44,642 nt of DNA. Origin: a virus. Taxonomy: Duplodnaviria; Caudoviricetes. Below the pieces are notes generated by a model. The model worked only from the letters and a program-made list of their open reading frames with translations, was not told the DNA's origin and did not search any database. The number at the start of each line of letters is the position of its first letter. Within the stretch, counting starts at the first letter, position 1. Below are positions 36,467 to 44,098 of the stretch, one piece after another. The stretch spans positions 1-44,642 of the IMG/VR virus record IMGVR_UViG_3300009095_000026. One strand, written 5' to 3'. The translations under genes and the position numbers were made by a program.

Positions 36467-36620
36467 CCGCGTGGTGCCCAGCCCCTTGATGCTACGAGGC
36501 CGCGCGGCCCGCGAACCCTTACGCGCGCTCATGCACAAACCCTGGCTGTGCTCGTGAGCTAGAGCAGGGAATCTCGGGGAACGGTCTTTTAACTCACTCT
36601 CTTTCTTGAACGGGGATCAC

Positions 36621-36845
36621 ATGACTCAACGTGTTGAATTGGACGGTGGCAAGTACACCGTCATCCGCGAGAACGATGGCCGCATGCACGCACTGCGCTA
36701 CGGCGAACCTTGGCGCGATCTGGTCGGCGACAACCTCATCTACTGGCTAATGGTGGAGATCGCCGTGTTGAATGACGCGGTGATGAAGGCGTGCGGCGAC
36801 GATGTTGAGGCCGCGAAGGCCACAATTGAATCGCAGCGAGGGTGA
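36621..36845 (+). CDS. conserved small phage protein
   Basis: DGGKYTV...ALRYGEPWRDLVGDNL. Confidence 0.7.
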   Translation: MTQRVELDGGKYTVIRENDGRMHALRYGEPWRDLVGDNLIYWLMVEIAVLNDAVMKACGDDVEAAKATIESQRG

Positions 36846-36846
36846 C

Positions 36847-37053
36847 ATGATCGAAGTCCGAATCGCAGCGGCCCGCTTGGCCAAGTTCGACAGCGAGGTG
36901 CACCGCGGCCTGCTCGTGCTGCGTGAACTGCGCGACGCCGGCATCCCGGTCGTCGGCGCCCTGTTCCCGCTGGGCGTGAAGGTCGGGCGGCTGGAGGTCG
37001 AGTACGACGAGCTCGTGTCTGACGAGTGGGTGTGGCGTTGGATTGAGGCCTAA
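36847..37053 (+). CDS. hypothetical protein
   Basis: GAGGGT RBS; TAA stop lies inside the attC core site. Confidence 0.65.
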   Translation: MIEVRIAAARLAKFDSEVHRGLLVLRELRDAGIPVVGALFPLGVKVGRLEVEYDELVSDEWVWRWIEA

Positions 37054-37168
37054 CGTTCGAGCTAAGCGGATCGAACCGGCCCCAAACCAAGGAAACGAAC
37101 CATGAACATTTCCGAGAACCAAGATGCCGCCAGCCGGGGCGAGTCCGCGCTTCAGCGAGTAGTTAGGC
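37048..37168 (-). mobile_element. integron attC-like site 1 (121 bp)
   Basis: Minus strand: GCCTAAC-TACTC-GCTGAAGC...GCTTAGC-TCGAAC-GTTAGGC = R''/5/L''(8)...L'(7)/6/R'. Confidence 0.8.
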
Positions 37169-37338
37169 ATCTGCGCGAAGCTGCGCGGCACGTCTATTGG
37201 GCGCTTCGCTACGGAGAATGGAGTGCCGGCTGGGAGAACTACAAAAACAAGCCGATGCTCGGCGTGTACCTCTGCTACTACGACGGCCACCACTGCTGCC
37301 TGCATGTCGGCCCTGGCTGGCTTGCGGTGCATTACTGA
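37102..37338 (+). CDS. cassette-borne hypothetical protein
   Basis: AAGGA RBS and ATG lie inside attC1; Trp/Tyr/His/Cys-rich; stops 1 nt before attC2. Confidence 0.6.
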   Translation: MNISENQDAASRGESALQRVVRHLREAARHVYWALRYGEWSAGWENYKNKPMLGVYLCYYDGHHCCLHVGPGWLAVHY

Positions 37339-37339
37339 T

Positions 37340-37401
37340 GCCTAACGTTTGAGCTGAGGGGCGCCCGGAGGGCGTCCCGAACCTCCAGCGAAGAGTTATG
37401 C
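37340..37401 (-). mobile_element. integron attC-like site 2 (62 bp)
   Basis: Minus strand: GCATAAC-TCTTC-GCTGGAGG...CCTCAGC-TCAAAC-GTTAGGC. Confidence 0.8.
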
Positions 37402-37432
37402 AGAAGCCCCAGCAGGGCAGAAAGGAACCGAA

Positions 37433-37855
37433 GTGAGGATGTGGATTGACACCGAGTTCAACGAGTACCGCGGCGCGCTCATCTCGATGGCGCTGGTGGC
37501 CGAGAACGGAGAGGAGTGGTACGGCGTGCGCTACTGCGATGACCCGGGCTTCTGGGTGCGTGAGCATGTGATGCCGCACCTCGGCAAAGAGCCGCAGCGA
37601 GACTGCGTGCTGCGCGTGTCGCTGGATCAGTTCCTGCGACAGTTCAACAGCGTGCACATCGTCTCTGACTGGCCCGGCGACATCGCGCACTTCTGCAACT
37701 TCTTGGAGTACGCGCCTGGCGACCGCATCGGGCCGAACTCGATGACGTTCGAGGTGCGCCGCGATCTACCGGACACCTCCAAGACATCCGCCATTCCGCA
37801 CAACGCTCTGGAAGACGCTAGAGCGTTGGCGCGAGGTGCATTGGCTGCTGCATAA
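37433..37855 (+). CDS. DEDDh 3'-5' exonuclease (cassette-borne)
   Basis: IDTEF, LISMALV, WV.EHV.PHL, D...D, HNALEDARA. Confidence 0.85.
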   Translation: MRMWIDTEFNEYRGALISMALVAENGEEWYGVRYCDDPGFWVREHVMPHLGKEPQRDCVLRVSLDQFLRQFNSVHIVSDWPGDIAHFCNFLEYAPGDRIGPNSMTFEVRRDLPDTSKTSAIPHNALEDARALARGALAAA

Positions 37856-37895
37856 CGTGATGTAGACTTACTTTGCAAAGTAAGCGCCTAAAAAT
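37850..37895 (-). mobile_element. attI-like site with 18-bp palindrome
   Basis: Minus strand TTTAGGCG-CTTACTTTGCAAAGTAAG-TCTAC-ATCAC-GTTATGC: lone core site with no attC hairpin partner. Confidence 0.5.
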
Positions 37896-38199
37896 GAAGC
37901 ACTACTCACGCCGCCGTCATCCCAAGCCTGAGCCGCCGGAGGGTTACAGCCCGCCCGAGCCCGACAACCTGCCGCCGCCCGGTACCGAGATCGGCCACGT
38001 CACGCTGAGCCTGTACGGTCAGTCCGTGCACGTGCCGATCCGGCAACCAGGCACGGTCAAGGGTCGCCGGCCGCGATCGGATCAGATCGCCATCGAGGTT
38101 GACGGCACCTGGCTCGTGATGAGCCTGCGCGAAGCGGCGCTGGACGCTGTGAAGCGGATGCCGCGGGTGATGACTCGCAAAGAGCGAGCAGGCTGGTAA
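37894..38199 (+). CDS. hypothetical protein
   Basis: Pro-rich N-terminus, good codon bias. Confidence 0.55.
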   Translation: MKHYSRRRHPKPEPPEGYSPPEPDNLPPPGTEIGHVTLSLYGQSVHVPIRQPGTVKGRRPRSDQIAIEVDGTWLVMSLREAALDAVKRMPRVMTRKERAGW

Positions 38200-38206
38200 G
38201 TAGCAC

Positions 38207-38236
38207 TTGCTCCACAGTTCGACTTAGGTGTATGCT
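38207..38236 (+). promoter_or_regulatory. possible sigma70 promoter
   Basis: TTGCTC-N18-TATGCT in an intergenic gap. Confidence 0.4.
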
Positions 38237-38244
38237 GGCCGTCC

Positions 38245-38353
38245 GCCGCCAAGCGTAACCGATTCAACCCGAGAGACCACGAGAGATGAGGCGCCACCCG
38301 CTGCCCAGCGGTGTGGGCTTGGCGGCATCACGCCTCATCCCTCGTGGTCTTTT
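38245..38353 (+). promoter_or_regulatory. structured leader RNA
   Basis: 20-bp stem 38274-38293/38331-38350 (19/20) followed by Ts; 38245-38254 complementary to 38317-38326 in the loop. Confidence 0.6.
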
Positions 38354-38372
38354 CCTTTCTGGAGATAGGAAC

Positions 38373-38546
38373 GTGCGCAACTCCAACTATCAGATGCTCG
38401 ATCTCGCGCCGCTGGACTTCGACCCCGAGGACCGCGACATCCTCGCACTGCCCGTGCCGATCGTGGTTGAGGGCTTGTCGATGGCGCTGTGGGAGGCCGA
38501 GGTCCGGGCCTGGGCCGACACCGAGCCGGCGGGGTTGAGAACGTGA
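38373..38546 (+). CDS. small acidic hypothetical protein
   Basis: GGAG RBS, GTG start, GTGA coupling to the methyltransferase. Confidence 0.5.
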   Translation: MRNSNYQMLDLAPLDFDPEDRDILALPVPIVVEGLSMALWEAEVRAWADTEPAGLRT

Positions 38547-39703
38547 GCAATCATGCGTACTACAACGAGATTGACGACTATGCCGCAGAGTGGCTTGAGA
38601 ACCTCATCCGAGCCGGCCACATCGCCCCCGGAGTCGTTGACCGGCGCAGCATTGTGGATGTCCGACCCGCGGACCTGGCTGAGTTCACCCAGTGCCACTT
38701 CTTTGCTGGAGTCGGAGTCTGGTCGCTTGCACTTCGCCAAGCTGGTTGGCGAGATGACCAGCGAATTTGGACTGGCAGCTGTCCGTGCCAGCCTTTCTCC
38801 GCGGCAGGCAAAGGCGCTGGGTTTGACGACGAGCGGCATCTGTGGCCCGCATGGCACTACCTCATCGGTGAGTGCCGCCCTCCAGTCATCGTTGGCGAGC
38901 AAGTTGCAAGCAAGGATGCCCTTGAGTGGTGGGATCTTGTTCAAGCTGACTTGGAAGCAGAGGGTTACGCCGCAGGGGCGGGCGATCTGTGCGCTGCGGG
39001 CATCGGTGCCCCGCACATCCGACAGCGACTGTGGTGGGTGGCCTACCACGGGGGCAGGCGACGAAAAGTGGCGCATCAGCACGGCGGCGGCGGCGGATCG
39101 TCGCTTGGCGAGCGGCAAGCAGGTGAGTTTGGAGTGCGCAGCGTTTTTAGCGAGTTGGCCGACGCCCCGTACGAGCGAGAACGTGCAAACCAATCTGGAC
39201 GAGATCGCGGCTATGGGAAGCAGCTGGCTGGGGCAGAACCGCGGGGCCACAGTGAGCACGATGGCGCAGTTGGCGAGTTGGCCTACGGCGGCGGCGAGGG
39301 ACTGGAAGGATGGCCACGAGCAGGCGGTGCCGACGAATGCGTTGCTGGGCCGCGTGGCTTGGTTGGCCGGTTGGCCGACGACGACAACCGAAGCCAACAC
39401 GCATTGTTACGGTCCGGGCCGGACGATCCAGCTGAAGACCTATGGAGCGGCTCGCTTGGCGGACTGGTCGGACACATGGCCGCAGGGCACGAAAGCGAAT
39501 CTACAGGGGTTCTCTCTGGTTTCTGGGCCAACGCCGAGTGGATCCCCTGCCGCGACGGCAAGTGGCGGCCAGTTGAACCCGGCACATTCCCGCTGGCTCA
39601 TGGGGCTCCCGCCCGAGTGGGACGCCTGCGCGCCTACGGCAACGCGATCGTCGCGCCGCTCGCGGCCGAGTGGATCCGCGTCGTGATGGAGTGCCGGCCA
39701 TGA
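38543..39703 (+). CDS. C5 cytosine DNA methyltransferase, catalytic chain
   Basis: HFFAGVG (I), GSCPCQPFS (IV), EQV (VI), PHIRQRLW (VIII), [10 protein letters not shown] (X). Confidence 0.9.
   Translation: MSNHAYYNEIDDYAAEWLENLIRAGHIAPGVVDRRSIVDVRPADLAEFTQCHFFAGVGVWSLALRQAGWRDDQRIWTGSCPCQPFSAAGKGAGFDDERHLWPAWHYLIGECRPPVIVGEQVASKDALEWWDLVQADLEAEGYAAGAGDLCAAGIGAPHIRQRLWWVAYHGGRRRKVAHQHGGGGGSSLGERQAGEFGVRSVFSELADAPYERERANQSGRDRGYGKQLAGAEPRGHSEHDGAVGELAYGGGEGLEGWPRAGGADECVAGPRGLVGRLADDDNRSQHALLRSGPDDPAEDLWSGSLGGLVGHMAAGHESESTGVLSGFWANAEWIPCRDGKWRPVEPGTFPLAHGAPARVGRLRAYGNAIVAPLAAEWIRVVMECRP
38553..39686 (+). CDS. overlapping alternative-frame methyltransferase subunit (true start uncertain)
   Basis: Open for 377 codons in +1 frame; repeated WPT motifs and [18 protein letters not shown] (motif IX-like). 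Confidence 0.65.
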   Translation: MRTTTRLTTMPQSGLRTSSEPATSPPESLTGAALWMSDPRTWLSSPSATSLLESESGRLHFAKLVGEMTSEFGLAAVRASLSPRQAKALGLTTSGICGPHGTTSSVSAALQSSLASKLQARMPLSGGILFKLTWKQRVTPQGRAICALRASVPRTSDSDCGGWPTTGAGDEKWRISTAAAADRRLASGKQVSLECAAFLASWPTPRTSENVQTNLDEIAAMGSSWLGQNRGATVSTMAQLASWPTAAARDWKDGHEQAVPTNALLGRVAWLAGWPTTTTEANTHCYGPGRTIQLKTYGAARLADWSDTWPQGTKANLQGFSLVSGPTPSGSPAATASGGQLNPAHSRWLMGLPPEWDACAPTATRSSRRSRPSGSAS

Positions 39704-39921
39704 ATCACGACAGACACTGGATCGAACCGCTCTCCGGCATTCACGGCCCCGAGGTCGAGTCTCTACGGCGCGGTGAGGTGGTGACGCTGCGGGTGAGCGA
39801 GCCGTGGTGGCCGTTTCCGCGGCTGATGGAGTTCAACCGCAAGGACTTGCGCAAGCTGAGCGCGAAGCCTCGCAAGCAACAAGCGCCCGCCGCGTTGACC
39901 GGCGAAGACGCTCCCTGGTGA
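39700..39921 (+). CDS. hypothetical protein
   Basis: ATGA and TGATG overlaps with neighbours. Confidence 0.6.
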   Translation: MNHDRHWIEPLSGIHGPEVESLRRGEVVTLRVSEPWWPFPRLMEFNRKDLRKLSAKPRKQQAPAALTGEDAPW

Positions 39922-42900
39922 TGGCAGACCCCAACAACCCCCTCATCGCGGCCCTGCTGCCGCTGGTGCGCCGCGTGCGCACCGACGTGACAGCTGTCAA
40001 GAAGTCGGACGGCTCCCGCTGGACTTCCCAGCCCCTGACTCGCGAGCGCTTGGCCTCGCACCTCAACGGCGGCCCGCCGCGTGGCGTGTGCCCCATCAAG
40101 GCAGGCGAGTCCGTCACGATGGTGGCGCTGCTGGACTTCGACTCGCACGGCGGCGAGACCGGGTGGACCGAGATGTCGGTCACGGTCGGCCGCGTGGTGG
40201 ACGTGCTGGAGCTCGTGCATGGCATGTCGCCGGTGCTGTTTCGTTCAAGTGGGGGCCGGGGCGTGCACCTGTACCTGCTGTGGGACGCGCCGCAGGACGC
40301 CTACTCCGTGCGCGCGTTCCTCGGGTCGGTGCTTGCGGATTGCGGCTTGAAGAACGGGGCCCGGGGCGTGGTGGCTGGCGAGGTGGAGGTCTTCCCCAAG
40401 CAGGACCGCGTGAGCGCTGGAGGTTTCGGCAACCAGTTCATTCTGCCGCTCAGTGGGGCAAGCGAGTGGCTGGTGCTGGAGGAATGCTCCGGTCTGCTGG
40501 AGAGCGCCGGCACGCCCGACGCTGGCGTCTGGCGCTCGTCGCCCGCGGTGCCGGTGGTCGAGAAGCCCGCTCGCGAGGTGGCGGCTGGCGAGCGGCCTGA
40601 GGGCGCCTGGGTGGATGCCCTGATGGCGATCCCCAACGGCCTCGACGACAGTAGCAGCCTCGGCTACGACGACTGGTTCCGCGTGGTCTGCGGCATCCAC
40701 CACGAGACCGGCGGATCGGCCGAGGGCCTGGAGTTGGCGCAGGAGTGGTCATCGCGATCGCCCAAGCACGACCCGGCGTTCCTGGAGGCGCGCGTCTGGC
40801 CCTACATCAAAGGCGCCGACGAGCGTGGCGGCACGGCGGTGACCGGCGGCACGATCATGTCGCTGGCCGCCAAGGGGTGGGGCTGGACGGCCCCGTTGAG
40901 TGACGAGGACTTCCCCGACCTGGGGCCTGGAGGTGGACATGGACGCAGTGGGACGATGGGACGTGTGGGCAGTGCTCGCGACCTGGCTGGGCGGCCCCTG
41001 GCCGGTGCTGGAGATGCTCGTGCTGCTGGCGTGGGTGCTGCTGGTGGCGGTGTGCGCGGCGGCGATCCTTGGGGCGGTGCTGGCCGAGGTCAGGCCATGG
41101 ATGCCGACGGCGCCGGGCGACGAGATGCCGGTGCTGACGGAGGCGGAGAAGACGACGCTCTATGGGAGTCAGGGGCAGGTGGTGGATCGGGAGATGGAGC
41201 CGGCGCCGCGCAGCCGCCCGCGGCCGCCGTGGCTGAGGTCGGGCCGGGGCGACTGATCGAGGACGACGAGGCGCTGTGGGCACCGCCTGAGCGTCGCGGC
41301 GTCCCCTCGGCCCAGCACCTGTGCACCGACCTGGCCAACGCCAAGCGCCTGTCCAGCACCTACGGTGACCGGGTGCTGGTGGCCGGCAACCGCTGGCATG
41401 TGTGGGATGGCCGGCGCTGGGACGCCAGCGAGACCGGCGAGTCGGAGGTCACCCGTTACGCCGCGTCCCTCGGTCGTCTCATCAAAGAAGAGGCCCGCGA
41501 GACGATGCGCAAGGCGCGCGCAGCCGCGTTGGGTGGCACCGCAGCGGCACTGGCCGGGCTGACCGAGGAAGAGGCCGAGGCATGGGCCGAGGCCGGCGGC
41601 GAGAAGGGGCAGGGCGCCGCAGGCGGCAAGGCGGCCGAGCTCGCCGAGGCGTTGGAGAAGTGGTCAGTCAGGTCGGAGATGGCCGGCGCGATCGACGCGG
41701 CGCTGCGCCTGGCTCGGCGCATGCTGACGGTGGATTCCGGTCTCATGGACCGCAACCCCTGGCTGCTCAACGTGCGCAACGGCGTGGTTGACCTCAGGAC
41801 CGGAGAGCTCCGGCCGCATGACCCGAGCCTGCTGATCACCAAGCTGGCCGATGTCGACTACTTGGGGCTTGACTACGTCTACCCCGACTGGGAGGGCGCG
41901 GTGGCCCAGATCGCGGGCGAGGGCGACGGGGACGCGCGTATGGGTGGGGCTGGCGGTGGCTTCGCAGGCGGCCCCGTCTCCGCGTTCCTGCGGCGCTGGT
42001 TCGGCTACTGCGCCACCGGCGACATCTCCGAGCAGGTCTTCGTCGTGCACTGGGGCGACGGGAGCAACGGCAAGTCGACGGTGCTCGGCACAGTGAGCGC
42101 CGTGCTTGGCGACTACGCCGGCACCGCGGCGCCGCAGCTGCTGGCCGCCAGCGGGCAGGGCCCCGAGGCGCATCCCACCGGCATCGCCGACCTGTGGGGC
42201 AAGCGCATGGTGACGGCGCACGAGACCAAAGAGGGCGCCGTGCTGCGCGAGGACTTCATCAAGCAGGCGACGGGCGGCGACAAGATCAAAGCGCGCTACA
42301 TGCGGGAGGACTTCTTCGAGTTCGACCCCACCCACAAGATCCAGATGCTCACCAACGCGAAGCCGGTGGTGCGGGGCCAGGATCACGGTATCTGGCGGCG
42401 CGTGCTGCTGGTGGCGTATACGCAGCGCTTCGGCACCACTGAGCAGGTGGCGGCCGGCGAGGCGACGGCGGTGGGCGACAAGCACCTGGGCGCCAGGCTG
42501 GCCGGCGATGCGGCGCGCAGCGGCGTGCTGTCCTGGATCGTGCGCGGCGCGGTCGAGTGGGCGCGTGTGGGGCTGCGGGCGCCTGACGCGGTGCGGGAGG
42601 CTTCGGCGGTCTACCGGGAAGAGCAGGACCGGGTCGGGCAGTGGGTCCACGAGTGTTGCGAGGTGCAGCCTGCGGATGCCGGTTCGCGCGTAGGCGGGGC
42701 GGGCGAGTTTGCGGTGGGTGTGTCGGAGTTTGCGGATTCCGGTTCGTTGGAGTGGTCGGAGCCGCTGACCCTAGGCATGGGCGGGTTGTACCCCGCGTAT
42801 GTCGAGTGGTGTAGGGGCGGGGGTATCCACGCGTTGTCACGGCAGCGTTTCCTGCAGGAGTTGCTACGAGTCTGCAAAAAGGCGCGGAGTCAGGAGGTGT

Positions 42901-42971
42901 ATGAGAAGGGCGCGAGCGGGAAGAGGCGGAAAATTACAAGAATCTTTGGGCTTCGGATGCTACCGGAGTGA
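39921..42971 (+). CDS. primase-helicase (primase, PriCT-2, P4/D5-type SF3 helicase)
   Basis: LDFD, SSGGRGVHLY, YDDWFRV...WS..SPK, TDLANAKR, LNVRNGVVDLRTGELRPH, GDGSNGKST, IKQATGGD.IKAR, DHGIWRR. Confidence 0.92.
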   Translation: MADPNNPLIAALLPLVRRVRTDVTAVKKSDGSRWTSQPLTRERLASHLNGGPPRGVCPIKAGESVTMVALLDFDSHGGETGWTEMSVTVGRVVDVLELVHGMSPVLFRSSGGRGVHLYLLWDAPQDAYSVRAFLGSVLADCGLKNGARGVVAGEVEVFPKQDRVSAGGFGNQFILPLSGASEWLVLEECSGLLESAGTPDAGVWRSSPAVPVVEKPAREVAAGERPEGAWVDALMAIPNGLDDSSSLGYDDWFRVVCGIHHETGGSAEGLELAQEWSSRSPKHDPAFLEARVWPYIKGADERGGTAVTGGTIMSLAAKGWGWTAPLSDEDFPDLGPGGGHGRSGTMGRVGSARDLAGRPLAGAGDARAAGVGAAGGGVRGGDPWGGAGRGQAMDADGAGRRDAGADGGGEDDALWESGAGGGSGDGAGAAQPPAAAVAEVGPGRLIEDDEALWAPPERRGVPSAQHLCTDLANAKRLSSTYGDRVLVAGNRWHVWDGRRWDASETGESEVTRYAASLGRLIKEEARETMRKARAAALGGTAAALAGLTEEEAEAWAEAGGEKGQGAAGGKAAELAEALEKWSVRSEMAGAIDAALRLARRMLTVDSGLMDRNPWLLNVRNGVVDLRTGELRPHDPSLLITKLADVDYLGLDYVYPDWEGAVAQIAGEGDGDARMGGAGGGFAGGPVSAFLRRWFGYCATGDISEQVFVVHWGDGSNGKSTVLGTVSAVLGDYAGTAAPQLLAASGQGPEAHPTGIADLWGKRMVTAHETKEGAVLREDFIKQATGGDKIKARYMREDFFEFDPTHKIQMLTNAKPVVRGQDHGIWRRVLLVAYTQRFGTTEQVAAGEATAVGDKHLGARLAGDAARSGVLSWIVRGAVEWARVGLRAPDAVREASAVYREEQDRVGQWVHECCEVQPADAGSRVGGAGEFAVGVSEFADSGSLEWSEPLTLGMGGLYPAYVEWCRGGGIHALSRQRFLQELLRVCKKARSQEVYEKGASGKRRKITRIFGLRMLPE
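40939..41256 (+). CDS. nested out-of-frame membrane protein (candidate)
   Basis: GGAGGT SD at 40929-40934, ATG 40939; long hydrophobic segment; coincides with the Gly-rich primase linker. Confidence 0.55.
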   Translation: MDAVGRWDVWAVLATWLGGPWPVLEMLVLLAWVLLVAVCAAAILGAVLAEVRPWMPTAPGDEMPVLTEAEKTTLYGSQGQVVDREMEPAPRSRPRPPWLRSGRGD

Positions 42972-42976
42972 GAAAG

Positions 42977-43091
42977 TGCACCTCAGCACCTCATTTTCAC
43001 CCTGTTTTGAAGGCGCGCTCCTGCAGGAAGGGAATAGGTAAAATACTGGAGCCCCGCCGGTTTTCGGCCTGAAATGAGGTGCAGAGGTGCA
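42977..43091. repeat. inverted repeat pair, probable replication origin
   Basis: TGCACCTCAGCACCTCATTT (42977-42996) and AAATGAGGTGCAGAGGTGCA (43072-43091), 19/20 match, each with two GCACCTC units; just after primase. Confidence 0.6.
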
Positions 43092-43153
43092 GGTATACCC
43101 CGGGGGCGCCGGAGAGGCTGAACGCGCAAAGTTTTACGTGAAAGGTGGGTGAA

Positions 43154-43441
43154 ATGCTCAAACCGACGAATGACATTGGGTGGCTCTACAGGCAGGGGCA
43201 TGCCGAGCCCGAGCACGTGGAGTTGCCTGACGGTGGCGGCACGTCAGGCGGCCGGGGTTACCCGTTCCGCCGCATGGAGGTCGGCGATCGCTTCGTGATG
43301 GTCCTGCCCATGCAAAGGCTGGCGGCGAACGACACCAAGAAGCGCGTAGCGGTGGCTTGCTGGGGCGCGCAGAAAGAAACCGGCGCCCAGTTCGCGCGCG
43401 TGCGCGAGGGCGCCGTCTTGACCTACACGCGGGTGGGCTAG
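43154..43441 (+). CDS. small DNA-binding-like phage protein
   Basis: YPFRRMEVGDRF motif. Confidence 0.65.
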   Translation: MLKPTNDIGWLYRQGHAEPEHVELPDGGGTSGGRGYPFRRMEVGDRFVMVLPMQRLAANDTKKRVAVACWGAQKETGAQFARVREGAVLTYTRVG

Positions 43442-43614
43442 AGGCGGAAAAGAAGGACGAGGATCAAGCCGGCCAGGCTGATGTACCCCACGACGCGATG
43501 CGGATCGATCTTGCGCTTGCGCGTGTAGGGGCCCTGCAGCGTGGTGTCGCGCTTTGGCGGGGCGAGAAAGGCTTCGGAGAGGGAGCGGGGGTGGCGGCGG
43601 GTTGTGTTGCTCAT
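43438..43614 (-). CDS. small membrane protein
   Basis: MSNTTRRHPRSLSEAF...VVGYISLAGLILVLLFRL; GGAG RBS, ATGA overlap. Confidence 0.6.
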   Translation of the reverse strand: MSNTTRRHPRSLSEAFLAPPKRDTTLQGPYTRKRKIDPHRVVGYISLAGLILVLLFRL

Positions 43615-43811
43615 TGTGCGGTCTCCAGTTTGAGAATGGCTTCGCGCAGGGCGCGAGCTTCGTTGCGGTGGAAAGTAGCGTAGTCGCGCGCAGCACCATA
43701 GCCACGAGCAGCAGTCATTGAGAACTTGGCCGCTTCGTACAGGTGGCGTTGTTCTTCGGCGCGCATGTAGGTGAGCATGGCTTCGCGCTCGGCCGGGATG
43801 CAGTCGCTCAT
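43611..43811 (-). CDS. hypothetical protein
   Basis: ATGA overlaps on both sides. Confidence 0.6.
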   Translation of the reverse strand: MSDCIPAEREAMLTYMRAEEQRHLYEAAKFSMTAARGYGAARDYATFHRNEARALREAILKLETAQ

Positions 43812-44095
43812 CGCGCGGTTTCCTGAAGGATGGCGCGGGCCCGGGTGACTTCCCCGCGCGGGCTGTTGTAAGGCTCGCCGGCCAGCGTCAGCAGGCGCCG
43901 GTCAAGGTGGTCGGCCAGTGCCGCCGTTTCGCACAGACTGCGGCGCAGGCGCGCGTGTGCGGGGTCCGGGCTCAGCAGGTGGCAGCACGCGGCGTCAAGG
44001 GCTTGCCGCGATTCGCGGTCCAGGTCATGCAGCTCGTGGCGCGTGATGATGTCTGCCAGGTGCTTCAGGGCTTCGCGGTCGGAGGTGAAGGGCAT
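43808..44095 (-). CDS. hypothetical protein
   Basis: GGAG RBS; coupled to neighbours. Confidence 0.6.
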   Translation of the reverse strand: MPFTSDREALKHLADIITRHELHDLDRESRQALDAACCHLLSPDPAHARLRRSLCETAALADHLDRRLLTLAGEPYNSPRGEVTRARAILQETAR

Positions 44096-44098
44096 GGT

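Noticed and set aside
37048-37401. attC hairpins as simple terminators or REP elements
   Set aside because: No U tracts; the 7/8-nt box asymmetry, 5/6-nt spacers and cassette-matched core sites fit attC specifically.
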